Source of the DNA: Verrucomicrobiia bacterium
Lineage (GTDB): Bacteria; Verrucomicrobiota; Verrucomicrobiia; Palsa-1439
DNA: 62,665 nucleotides
Direction: 5' to 3'
Assembly (NCBI GenBank): GCA_050008795.1
Contig: JBEKLX010000002.1
Span: 1 to 62,665 of the forward strand
In this document: one piece after another, positions 48,135-56,255 of the stretch
How positions within the stretch are numbered: position 1 is the stretch's first letter
Layout of the letters: every line of letters begins with the position of its first letter
Translations under genes and position numbers: made by a program
The notes under the pieces: generated by a model
What the model was told of the DNA's origin: nothing
The model's input: only the letters and a program-made list of their open reading frames with translations
Database searches by the model: none

Positions 48135-48284
48135 ATGTTGTGGACAATTGCTATCATACTGATGGTTCTGTGGGCGCTGGGACTGGTGAGCAGTTACACG
48201 ATGGGAGGGTTTATTCACGTCCTGCTGGTGATTGCCATCATCGTGGTGTTGATCAGGATCATTCAGGGCCGACGAGTGGTGTAA
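48135..48284 (+). CDS. lmo0937-family small membrane protein (49 aa)
   Basis: MLWTIAIILMVLWALGLVSSYTMGGFIHVLLVIAIIVVLIRIIQGRRVV. SD aaaggaaaa. Start set to the internal ATG of the track ORF. Confidence 0.8.
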   Translation: MLWTIAIILMVLWALGLVSSYTMGGFIHVLLVIAIIVVLIRIIQGRRVV

Positions 48285-48322
48285 AAAACGGTTAATTAAA
48301 ACAAGAAAGCTGGAGGTTAGAG

Positions 48323-48538
48323 ATGAGTTCAAGAATGGTTGCAGTTATACTAATCGCTATCGGCATCGTGGTGCTCGCTTACTCTGGCGTCACCTTCAAG
48401 ACCCCGGGAAAATCCGTCGATTTCCTCGGAATGCACATCGAAACCACCCATAGCCACTTTATTCCCCCAGTCGCCGGTACGATCGCGCTGGTCGGCGGGA
48501 TCGTGTTGCTGCTCGTAATGAGCCCCAAAAGGGATTGA
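48323..48538 (+). CDS. hypothetical two-TM small membrane protein
   Basis: SD ggaggt upstream. Two hydrophobic helices flank a short loop. Confidence 0.6.
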   Translation: MSSRMVAVILIAIGIVVLAYSGVTFKTPGKSVDFLGMHIETTHSHFIPPVAGTIALVGGIVLLLVMSPKRD

Positions 48539-48722
48539 TAGGAATAGACTGGAGAGTCGCTTCCGTTTGCGGCAAGCCAACGCCTGTAAGCGAAGGCCAT
48601 GCCTGCCCGTTCCCGGTAAGAGACCTTGAATTTCAGCCATCGGGCGGGTACTATGTATGCGCTTTGCAGTGCTGGCCTGGCGCTGTACGAGTATTAACAC
48701 TGCAAGGCAAGGCTGAGCGTTG

Positions 48723-49097
48723 ATGACGACAAGAATCCTATTGTCCGCAAAAATTCACCGGGCCACGGTGACGCATTGCGATCTTCATTACGAGGGCAGT
48801 TGCGGAATCGGACCCGATTTGCTCAAGGCATCCGGCATCGTACCGTGCGAACGTGTTTCGGTGCTGAATGTCTCCACGGGTAGCCGCTTGGAGACGTATG
48901 CGATTCGCGGTAAGAAGAAAGGCGAACTGTCGCTCAACGGCGCCGCTGCGCGGCACGCAACCGCAGGCGATAAGGTCATCATCGTGGCCTATTGTCTTGT
49001 CCCAGAAGACCGGGTGGCGAAGCACAAAGCCCGCGTTGTTATCGTGGACGGAAAGAATCGCGTCATCTCCACACGCACTGTGGGTCCCCTCGACTAA
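48723..49097 (+). CDS. panD: aspartate 1-decarboxylase
   Basis: KIHRATVTHCDLHYEGSCGI (self-cleavage G-S site), NGAAAR, GD.VII. Confidence 0.95.
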   Translation: MTTRILLSAKIHRATVTHCDLHYEGSCGIGPDLLKASGIVPCERVSVLNVSTGSRLETYAIRGKKKGELSLNGAAARHATAGDKVIIVAYCLVPEDRVAKHKARVVIVDGKNRVISTRTVGPLD

Positions 49098-49148
49098 ATG
49101 CCGTTCTTCGCTTGCGGTCGCCATTCGCCTGCGGTAGAAGGACTCCTC

Positions 49149-49925
49149 ATGCAATCTGTTTTCACGGCGGCGCTTCTTGGATTGTCATTGGCCGCCGGCA
49201 CGTTGCAGGCCGACAGCGGAAATTTGACGAATGACGCACGCGCCATTCTCCATCGCGTCGTCGCCAATCGTCCCACGCAGGATTTTGTGCTTAAAGCGCG
49301 TCTCTTTCCCACACGCGAGAAAACCATTCCACTTGAGATCTTCGTTAAGAACTCGGCGGAAGACACACGCACGATTTACAGGACATCTGGGTTCGCTCTC
49401 CTCGTCATACAACCCGTGCAAGCAGAACCGCGGTTTTTTTTGGGTGGCACGAACGAGCTGACTGGATTGAGACGGATGGAAAAACTTCTCGGCTCGCATT
49501 TCACATACTACGATCTCGGCACACCGTTCCTGCACTGGCCTAACGAGAAGTTTCTCGGAGAGGAATTGATGCGTGGCCGCGACTGTTTCCTGCTGGAGAC
49601 TGCGACGACCAACGCGCCATACGCTCGCGTGAAAATGTGGATCGATGAGGAATTCTTTGCGCTGCTGCGGGCCGAGGCCTTCGACGACGGTGGCGCGCTG
49701 ATCAAACGATTCGCAATTGGCAGTTTCAAGAGAATCGGAGATGTATGGATCCCCCGCGGGGTGGAAATTGCCGATGTGCCGCCCGGCCAGGCACTGCCCG
49801 CCGAGGAGAAATCCCGGTTGGAGATCTACGATGGGAACTACGACAGCAAACTTCCTGCCGGGTGGTTTTTGCCTGAACGTTTCGCGGAACCTCAGGATGC
49901 CTCTGCTCAAACTCCTCCGCGCTGA
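49149..49925 (+). CDS. outer-membrane lipoprotein-sorting (LolA-like) family protein
   Basis: Signal peptide MQSVFTAALLGLSLAAGTLQA. The body (FTYYDLG, CFLLE, VKMWIDEEFFALLRAEAFD, G.VWIP) fits LolA-like fold proteins. Confidence 0.6.
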   Translation: MQSVFTAALLGLSLAAGTLQADSGNLTNDARAILHRVVANRPTQDFVLKARLFPTREKTIPLEIFVKNSAEDTRTIYRTSGFALLVIQPVQAEPRFFLGGTNELTGLRRMEKLLGSHFTYYDLGTPFLHWPNEKFLGEELMRGRDCFLLETATTNAPYARVKMWIDEEFFALLRAEAFDDGGALIKRFAIGSFKRIGDVWIPRGVEIADVPPGQALPAEEKSRLEIYDGNYDSKLPAGWFLPERFAEPQDASAQTPPR

Positions 49926-49927
49926 GA

Positions 49928-50917
49928 TTACGATGCCGGCAACCGAGTTGCGGAATCGCTGCCCGCCTCCCGATCATATCGTTCGGGTGAAAGCCCCAAT
50001 TCTGCCAGCAATGACAGGTCGGCATCTGCTTCTGGGTTCTCCGCCGTAAGCAGTCTTTCGCCGAAGAATATCGAGTTGGCACCGGCGAAGAAACACAGCG
50101 CCTGTGCCTCGCGCGAGAGACGGGAACGTCCTGCGGATAATCGCACTCTTGTGTGCCCCAACACGATCCGTGTTGTCGCCACAAGGCGTACCAGTGCGAA
50201 AACATCCACTGGCGGCAGGTTCTCAAGCGGTGTGCCGGCGATTGGCACCAGACAGTTGATCGGCACGCTCTCTGGCGGAGGGTTAAAACTGGCCAGCACC
50301 TCCAGCATCCGCAACCGGTCCATTTCACTTTCCCCCAGCCCTATGATTCCGCCGCAACAGACACCCAAACCCGCCTGCTGTACCGCGCGAATTGTCCGCA
50401 ACCGATCCTCGAAGCTGTGCGTGGTAATGATTTGCGGATAAAACTCCGGGCTGGTGTCTAGATTGTGGTTGTAGATCGCCGCGCCGGCTTCCTTCAGTTG
50501 CCGCGCGGCTGTCTCGCCGAGTTCACCCAACGTCACACAAACTTCCAGACCCAGCGCGTTTACCGCCTGTACGATGTCCAGTACCGATTTGAATTGTGCC
50601 GTGCCCTCGCGTGCGCCCCGCCACGCTGCACCCATGCAGAATCGCACAGCGCCATTCCGTTTGGCATTCTGCGCCGCCGCAACTACCTCCGCGATTGGCA
50701 ACATCTTCTCCGCCTTCACCTTGGTCGAGTAGCGCGCACTCTGGGCGCAATAAGAGCAATCCTCGCTACAGCCGCCCGTCTTGATGCTCAGCAATGCGCA
50801 AAGCTGCATTTCGTTGCTCTTCCAATTCTTCTTGTGGACGGCATGGGCTTGCTCGATCAACTCGAAGAACGGTTGATGATAGATCCGCTGCAGGTCTTCC
50901 AACATTGGCGAACTCAT
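49928..50917 (-). CDS. bioB: biotin synthase
   Basis: Radical-SAM CSEDCSYCAQS, followed by downstream BioB blocks. Confidence 0.95.
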   Translation of the reverse strand: MSSPMLEDLQRIYHQPFFELIEQAHAVHKKNWKSNEMQLCALLSIKTGGCSEDCSYCAQSARYSTKVKAEKMLPIAEVVAAAQNAKRNGAVRFCMGAAWRGAREGTAQFKSVLDIVQAVNALGLEVCVTLGELGETAARQLKEAGAAIYNHNLDTSPEFYPQIITTHSFEDRLRTIRAVQQAGLGVCCGGIIGLGESEMDRLRMLEVLASFNPPPESVPINCLVPIAGTPLENLPPVDVFALVRLVATTRIVLGHTRVRLSAGRSRLSREAQALCFFAGANSIFFGERLLTAENPEADADLSLLAELGLSPERYDREAGSDSATRLPAS

Positions 50918-51083
50918 CGTGAACGCATCGTAACAGGCGCCTTCTCACCACGCAAGAACCCGGTTCTGCAGCCCGCCGGCAACGGTGCAACACCCTGTCC
51001 TGTAGTAACTTGCATATTTTATACGTCCAACGCGATGTTAGGTTGCCTCACTGGGCTGGTTTCTGGTAGCTTACACGCCACTT

Positions 51084-52751
51084 ATGGACAAGACCATCCG
51101 CAGAATATGTGAGATGCTCCAAAGTCCCGACGGCATGCGGCGTTGCGCTGCCGCCATGGTCCTCACGGAACTCACCCCAAAAGATGCGGCTGTGATTCGC
51201 GCCCTCGGCGGCGCCCTCAAAGACGGCGGCAGCCAGTTGCTGACGCGTTATGTGCTCGAAGCGTTCGAGGCGATGGGTACGCGCGCCGTCGTGCCCTACG
51301 TCCTGCCACTGCTTGATGCTGAAGACACGGAAACGAAGCTGCGCGCGGCGGGTATTTTGGCGCGTGTCGGCGGCGACATTGTGGAAGAACTCCGTCGCCG
51401 GTTCGAGAAAGCCGACAGTCGCCAGAAACACGTCTTTGTTGACATCCTCGCCCGCATCCACAGCCGTGGCTCCATGCAGATAATTCTTGATTCGCTGTTT
51501 GATCCCGATTTCGAACTGGTCAAGGAAGCCTGCCAGGCCGTGCGCCGCCACATTGCGGACACCACACCGAAGGATCGCCTCGCGCTCCACAAGCAGGTTG
51601 TCAAGTTCATGAAAACGGCCCGTGTGAAGAAGAACGAACGGGTGCTGACCTCATGTCTGTTGCTGATCGGATACCTCGGAGCGCCCGAAGCTCGGGGGAT
51701 TCTTCTCAAACACACCGGCCGTCGGACCCCTACCTTCATCCGTCGCAATGCCCTCTTCGCCCTCAAGGGACTCGAGTTCACGGGCGCGGCGGTCAACCAG
51801 GTCGCCCGTCAGATGCTGAAATACCTGGCCGAACCTGATTTTCCGAACATCGGTCAACACGCGCTCGATATCATCGAACGATTGCCGCTTCCTGTCTCCT
51901 ACGTTGCGCAATGGCGCAAGTTGCTGAGCAGCAAGCATCCGAGTGTGCGTGCATTTGCAGCGCGCAAACTGGCGGCATACGACAAAATTCCTGTTAACCG
52001 GTTGCTGCTGCGTCTGCTCGATCATGCCGACAGGCAGATCGGCGAGATCGCCGCGGGAGCGTTGGCGCGGCACAAGGGCGCGGTCAAACTGTTGTTGCAG
52101 GCGCTGGCTCGGGAGCGGAAGGCCGAGCCGGCTTGGCGGCTTGCCAAGATTCTTAAACCGCATTCCGAAACCATCGATAAGAAGACCGCGAAGAAGTTCG
52201 CTGTGCTCACCGCCCGTGCCATGGAAGCCGGCAACCCGCGCCACGAAGCGCTTTTGTATTTCCTGAGGAACATCGATTTGAAACTGGCAGATGGTGTCTG
52301 GCGCGACGTTGGGGTGAAGCTGAGGAAGGCAAGAAAATGGGACAAAGCTGCGGCTTGTCTGCGGCAGCTCGCGCACCCGGAAGGTTTCGATAACGAAATT
52401 CGCTACGATCTGAGCGTCTGCAACCTCAAGCTCTCTCCGAAGGAACTCGCCGGCAACCTCCGAGCCGGGGACGCCGCGCTGCGCGGTTTCCAAACACTGC
52501 TTCAGGATAAGAAATTCAAACTCTTTGAACACTTAAAGAAAGACAAGGCGCTCGAACCGATCGATCTGTTCTACGTCGGGTTCCACTTCAGCGAGAGCAC
52601 CGGTTCGGAAGGACAATTGGGCCGGAACCTGCTTGACTACGTTGCTCGCCGTTGGCCGAAATCCAAGGAAGCCAAGGCTGCCCGCAACAAACTCAAAGTG
52701 GCGGGACAATCGTCTACGAACGTTGCCTCTGGAACAAGCCAGCGGGCTTGA
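51084..52751 (+). CDS. HEAT-repeat protein
   Basis: Repeated units of about 30-35 aa: R..A...L......A...L...L.D. Confidence 0.6.
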   Translation: MDKTIRRICEMLQSPDGMRRCAAAMVLTELTPKDAAVIRALGGALKDGGSQLLTRYVLEAFEAMGTRAVVPYVLPLLDAEDTETKLRAAGILARVGGDIVEELRRRFEKADSRQKHVFVDILARIHSRGSMQIILDSLFDPDFELVKEACQAVRRHIADTTPKDRLALHKQVVKFMKTARVKKNERVLTSCLLLIGYLGAPEARGILLKHTGRRTPTFIRRNALFALKGLEFTGAAVNQVARQMLKYLAEPDFPNIGQHALDIIERLPLPVSYVAQWRKLLSSKHPSVRAFAARKLAAYDKIPVNRLLLRLLDHADRQIGEIAAGALARHKGAVKLLLQALARERKAEPAWRLAKILKPHSETIDKKTAKKFAVLTARAMEAGNPRHEALLYFLRNIDLKLADGVWRDVGVKLRKARKWDKAAACLRQLAHPEGFDNEIRYDLSVCNLKLSPKELAGNLRAGDAALRGFQTLLQDKKFKLFEHLKKDKALEPIDLFYVGFHFSESTGSEGQLGRNLLDYVARRWPKSKEAKAARNKLKVAGQSSTNVASGTSQRA

Positions 52752-52769
52752 ATATAACCCTCGTCCCTC

Positions 52770-53606
52770 TCAGGATTTTGTGGAAGATCCCCGACACGGT
52801 TGTGTCGAGGCCAGTGCATTCGCCAGTGCGATCCACTGATCCAAGTCCAGTTCCTCGGCGCGCACTGTCGCTGAAATACCCAAGCGGGCAAACGCTTCTT
52901 CCACGTCGCTGAAACCCGTCAGTTGCTTCTTCAGCATCTTGCGCCGATGAGCGAACCCGGCTCGCACCGCGTCGGTAAACCGTGCGCCCGGCACCGGCGT
53001 TACGCGTGGGTCACGCCGCTCCAATACCACTACCGCACTCTCGACCCGTGGCGAAGGATAGAAACAACGCGGCGACACAACGTGCGCCACAGTCACGTGG
53101 TAATACACCTGCGTGAGCAACGACAACGCTCCGTACTCCTTGGTGCCCGGTCGCGCAGCCAATCGCGTTGCAACCTCCCGCTGCAAGGTAAGCACCATCG
53201 CCTGCGGTTTCCGTGGCGCCTCGACAAACCGCTCCAGAATCGGTGTCGAGATGCTGTACGGCAGATTCGCCACCACCTTGTACCCGTCAGGAAAAGGCAC
53301 GACGGTGCCGATCGCCTTGACCGCATCCCCCTCGACCAACTGCAAAAATGGGAATTGCTCGCGCAAGTAAGCGCACAAACGACGATCCTTTTCGATGGCT
53401 ATCACGCGCTCGGCACGCGCGATTAGTTCGGCGGTGAGAACGCCAAGCCCCGACCCGATTTCGATGACGGTTTCATCCGGTCTAATCCGCGCCTGCTCAA
53501 TGATGATCGCGAGAATGTTCGCGTCGATGAGGAAATTCTGTCCCATCGCCCTGCTGGGGCGTATGCCAAGCTCGGTGAGCAACCATCGTACTTCGGTCAG
53601 TGTCAT
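52770..53606 (-). CDS. rsmA: 16S rRNA (adenine1518/1519-N6)-dimethyltransferase
   Basis: MGQNFLID, VIEIGSGLGVLT, NLPYSISTPIL. Confidence 0.95.
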   Translation of the reverse strand: MTLTEVRWLLTELGIRPSRAMGQNFLIDANILAIIIEQARIRPDETVIEIGSGLGVLTAELIARAERVIAIEKDRRLCAYLREQFPFLQLVEGDAVKAIGTVVPFPDGYKVVANLPYSISTPILERFVEAPRKPQAMVLTLQREVATRLAARPGTKEYGALSLLTQVYYHVTVAHVVSPRCFYPSPRVESAVVVLERRDPRVTPVPGARFTDAVRAGFAHRRKMLKKQLTGFSDVEEAFARLGISATVRAEELDLDQWIALANALASTQPCRGSSTKS

Positions 53607-53620
53607 TGCGGGGATTGTCT

Positions 53621-53648
53621 CACGCAGAGACGCAAAGACGCAAAGAAC
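53621..53648 (-). repeat. phased TTGCG-type 9-nt repeats just upstream of rsmA
   Basis: Minus-strand gttctttgcgtctttgcgtctctgcgtg, ending 14 nt before the rsmA ATG. Confidence 0.6.
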
Positions 53649-53755
53649 TTCTCATTGGCTAACGACAGGCATGAAGTTCGCGCTCCGCGCCAGCCCAACG
53701 AAAAGGCTCAACCGCAGCGTGTCGTACGCGGTGTCGGCGCGAGGGTTAGGCACGT

Positions 53756-54043
53756 TCACTTATGTGCGATTGGCTTTTCGGTGAATAGGTAGTCTTTAAG
53801 TTCTTTGGAAAACTTCGGGTCTTTGCGCCGAATCCACTCCAGCAACATGGAAGCGTGTTCCTTTTCCTCATCGCGGTTGTGGGTAAGGATTGCCTTGAGT
53901 TCTTTGTCTTTGCATACATCAGCGCGCTGGTTGTACCAATCGACGGCTTCCAACTCTTCCACCAACGAAACGAGCGCTCTGTGCATGTCGCGCGTTTCGT
54001 CGGACAGCTCTTCAACGGGTTCGTGATAACCGACGCTTGCCAT
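53756..54043 (-). CDS. EncFtn-type (encapsulated-ferritin family) ferritin-like protein lacking a C-terminal targeting extension
   Basis: HEPVEELSDETRDMHRALVSLVEELEAVDWYNQRADVCKDKELKAILTHNRDEEKEHASMLLEWIRRKDPKF is nearly colinear with Rhodospirillum rubrum EncFtn as I recall it, including the E..E.H di-iron ligand contexts. Ends at YLFTEKPIAHK. Confidence 0.8.
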   Translation of the reverse strand: MASVGYHEPVEELSDETRDMHRALVSLVEELEAVDWYNQRADVCKDKELKAILTHNRDEEKEHASMLLEWIRRKDPKFSKELKDYLFTEKPIAHK

Positions 54044-54125
54044 TGCTTTCTCCTTTCTTCGTAGCTAGTAAGTTGTGATGGCGCCTAACAATATAGCAGA
54101 TCTCACCTCGACGCAATTAACTGCG

Positions 54126-55013
54126 TCAGTTCTTGGCGCCGGTACGCCTTTGCGTGAGTTTGGCTGCCAGGTTGATCGCGGCAATCATGCTGTCAGGATT
54201 TGCGATACCCTTCCCCGCGATGTCGAACGCCGTTCCGTGGTCGGGCGACGTGCGAACAAATGGCAAACCGAGTGTCAGGTTCACGCCCGAATCGAATGCA
54301 ATCATTTTTAACGGTGCGAGCCCTTGATCGTGGTACATCGCCACAACGGCGTCGAATTCGCCACGATACGCCTTGTGAAACAGAGTGTCGGCCGGCCACG
54401 GCCCGGTGACGTTCATACCTTTGCGTTTCGCGCTATGGATCGCCGGCGCGATGATGCGTTGCTCTTCGTCGCCGAGCAAACCACTTTCGCCTGCGTGCGG
54501 ATTCAACCCCGCCACGCCGATTCTTGGTCGTCGTATGCCAAACCGTTTACATGCATCATGGCTGAGTTCAATGACCTCGGCAATCCGCTTCGTCGAGAGC
54601 AATCGCGGCACTTTCGACAACGGCACATGAATTGTCACCAGAGCCACGCGAAGAGGACCGCTCGCCCGCCGTAACCTCGGCGAAGGCGGGCCAATAAGCA
54701 TCATGGCGAAACGTTTCGTATGCGCGATGTGCGCAAGCAGTTCTGTGTGTCCTTCGAATCGGTAACCGGCGTCGCGCAGAAGTTGTTTGCTGATGGGCGC
54801 GGTGACGAGTGCCGCCAATTCGCCCGACAGACAGCGGCGCGCGCCTTGTACGACCCAGTTGATGGCGTCGGACCGGCATTTTGTATGTGGGTCGCCGATG
54901 ACTTCGTAGTCGAATTTGCGGTCGAGCTTGCGCGAGGCAAGCGCCTTGGCGACGATTTCCGGGCCGATGCCCGTGACATCGCCCAGCGTGATGCCTATTC
55001 GCCTGCGGCTCAT
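54126..55013 (-). CDS. pdxA: 4-hydroxythreonine-4-phosphate dehydrogenase
   Basis: ITLGDVTGIGPEI, GHTE, VALVTIHVPL, NPHAGE, SPDHGTAFDIAGKG. Confidence 0.93.
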   Translation of the reverse strand: MSRRRIGITLGDVTGIGPEIVAKALASRKLDRKFDYEVIGDPHTKCRSDAINWVVQGARRCLSGELAALVTAPISKQLLRDAGYRFEGHTELLAHIAHTKRFAMMLIGPPSPRLRRASGPLRVALVTIHVPLSKVPRLLSTKRIAEVIELSHDACKRFGIRRPRIGVAGLNPHAGESGLLGDEEQRIIAPAIHSAKRKGMNVTGPWPADTLFHKAYRGEFDAVVAMYHDQGLAPLKMIAFDSGVNLTLGLPFVRTSPDHGTAFDIAGKGIANPDSMIAAINLAAKLTQRRTGAKN

Positions 55014-55116
55014 AAATTCCAAGAATCAAGCATCAAATCCCAAACAAAACTATCAGTCGCGTCGTTGCGCAATCGAGCCTGTTTGAGATTTGGAATTTTA
55101 TGCTTGGGATTTCCTC

Positions 55117-56154
55117 TTAGTAGATGTGGATGTACGCCTTGGCGCGGAGTTGTTTGACCCATTCCTCCTGGAGTTTGGCGCGCTTCTGTTGCAGGAGGAT
55201 GTTCTCAATCTGGTCACGCACCTCGGACAATGGTTTGACGTGAGCGGGCTGAACGTCATCGACCTGCAGAATGTAATAGCCGTCCGCGGTCTCGACAATC
55301 CCGCTGTGTTGGCCCGGTTTCAGTTGGAATGCTGCGTCGCGCAATTCGTCGCGCAGGTTATCGCGCGTGATCCAACCCCAATCGCCGCCGTCCTTCGCCT
55401 CTCTGGCCTCGGAGTACGTACGCGCCAGGCTGTCGAAACTCTCCTTGCCATCCAGCTTGGCGAGAATTTCCGTGGCGAGTTTGCGGTGCGGATCATCGGC
55501 TGCCACCGCTGGCGAATTCGTAGCGTCGATGCTGTTGGTGCAGACGCCATTGGTGCTGACAGTGTCGGCGTTGACGCTGGTGGTGCTTGGCGGTCGTCGA
55601 ACGACGATCATCCGCAGTTTGACCTGGTCGCCGACTTTATACTCGTCCAAATGGTCCTGGTAATACTTCTCCATCTTGGCGGGCGAGACCACGACCTCCT
55701 GTTGAACCTTCTTGTTTCGCATGGCCTGTACGACTATCCGTTCGTGGAGTTGTTCGCGATACTGTGCGAGCGTCATCTTCTGCGCTTCGAGCGTCTTGAT
55801 GAAGGATTCGCGGTTGCCGCCGAATTCGCTGGCTATGACTTCGCTCAGTTCCCGGTCGACGATGTTGTCGGGGATGTTGTAGCCCTTCTCCTTGAATTCC
55901 TGGAGGATCAGTGCGCGCTCGATCAATTGGTTCATCGCATCCACCTGCGCCTCGTGCACCTTCGCAAGCAGTTCGTCTCCGGTATATTGCTGGCGAATCC
56001 GCATGACCACCGGCATGGCCAGCATCCGCACTTCGCTGTAGGTGATTACGCGGTCGTTAACCACAGCCGCAACGCCATCCACGATTTCGGGCGGAGCTGT
56101 CGCTGCTCGCCCAGTCACCGCCAAAAACAGCAGCGGAACAAGAATTAGTTTCAT
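55117..56154 (-). CDS. SurA-like periplasmic chaperone / PPIC-type peptidyl-prolyl isomerase
   Basis: Signal peptide, a SurA_N-like region (VDGVAAVVNDRVITYSEV), and a parvulin domain (GGDWGWITR..L...L..A.F.L..G..S.IVET..GYYILQV). Confidence 0.8.
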   Translation of the reverse strand: MKLILVPLLFLAVTGRAATAPPEIVDGVAAVVNDRVITYSEVRMLAMPVVMRIRQQYTGDELLAKVHEAQVDAMNQLIERALILQEFKEKGYNIPDNIVDRELSEVIASEFGGNRESFIKTLEAQKMTLAQYREQLHERIVVQAMRNKKVQQEVVVSPAKMEKYYQDHLDEYKVGDQVKLRMIVVRRPPSTTSVNADTVSTNGVCTNSIDATNSPAVAADDPHRKLATEILAKLDGKESFDSLARTYSEAREAKDGGDWGWITRDNLRDELRDAAFQLKPGQHSGIVETADGYYILQVDDVQPAHVKPLSEVRDQIENILLQQKRAKLQEEWVKQLRAKAYIHIY

Positions 56155-56255
56155 GGTGAGTCTCGTACTAAGCGGGATTTCATGTCGGTTGCGCATCGGC
56201 GTGAAGAATACTGCGGTCGCTACGCCGACGCAAGCTGTTGCGCACCCCGCAGTGT

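Noticed and set aside
39600-48540. Integrative element or prophage at tRNA-fMet
   Set aside because: No integrase, excisionase, phage structural or conjugation genes are present in the block. Only the tRNA-derived repeats hint at past integration, so I report it as an accessory island of uncertain origin rather than a mobile element.
48539-48722. Possible riboswitch or sRNA in the 184-nt gap upstream of panD
   Set aside because: I could see no conserved riboswitch core (TPP, SAM, cobalamin, glycine or FMN boxes), no convincing terminator or antiterminator pair, and no repeat.
50918-51083. BirA operator upstream of bioB
   Set aside because: I looked for a TGTWAACC-N14-16-GGTTWACA-like inverted repeat. 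Only a lone gttaggtt half-like sequence is present, without a partner.
55090-56148. 352-aa plus-strand ORF
   Set aside because: Antisense to the SurA-like PPIase gene. The minus-strand product has a signal peptide and a parvulin domain, while the plus-strand product has no recognisable features.
52770-56196. Encapsulin nanocompartment operon around the EncFtn gene
   Set aside because: The neighbours are rsmA, pdxA and a SurA-like gene. No HK97-fold shell protein ORF of about 260-300 aa exists on either strand nearby.
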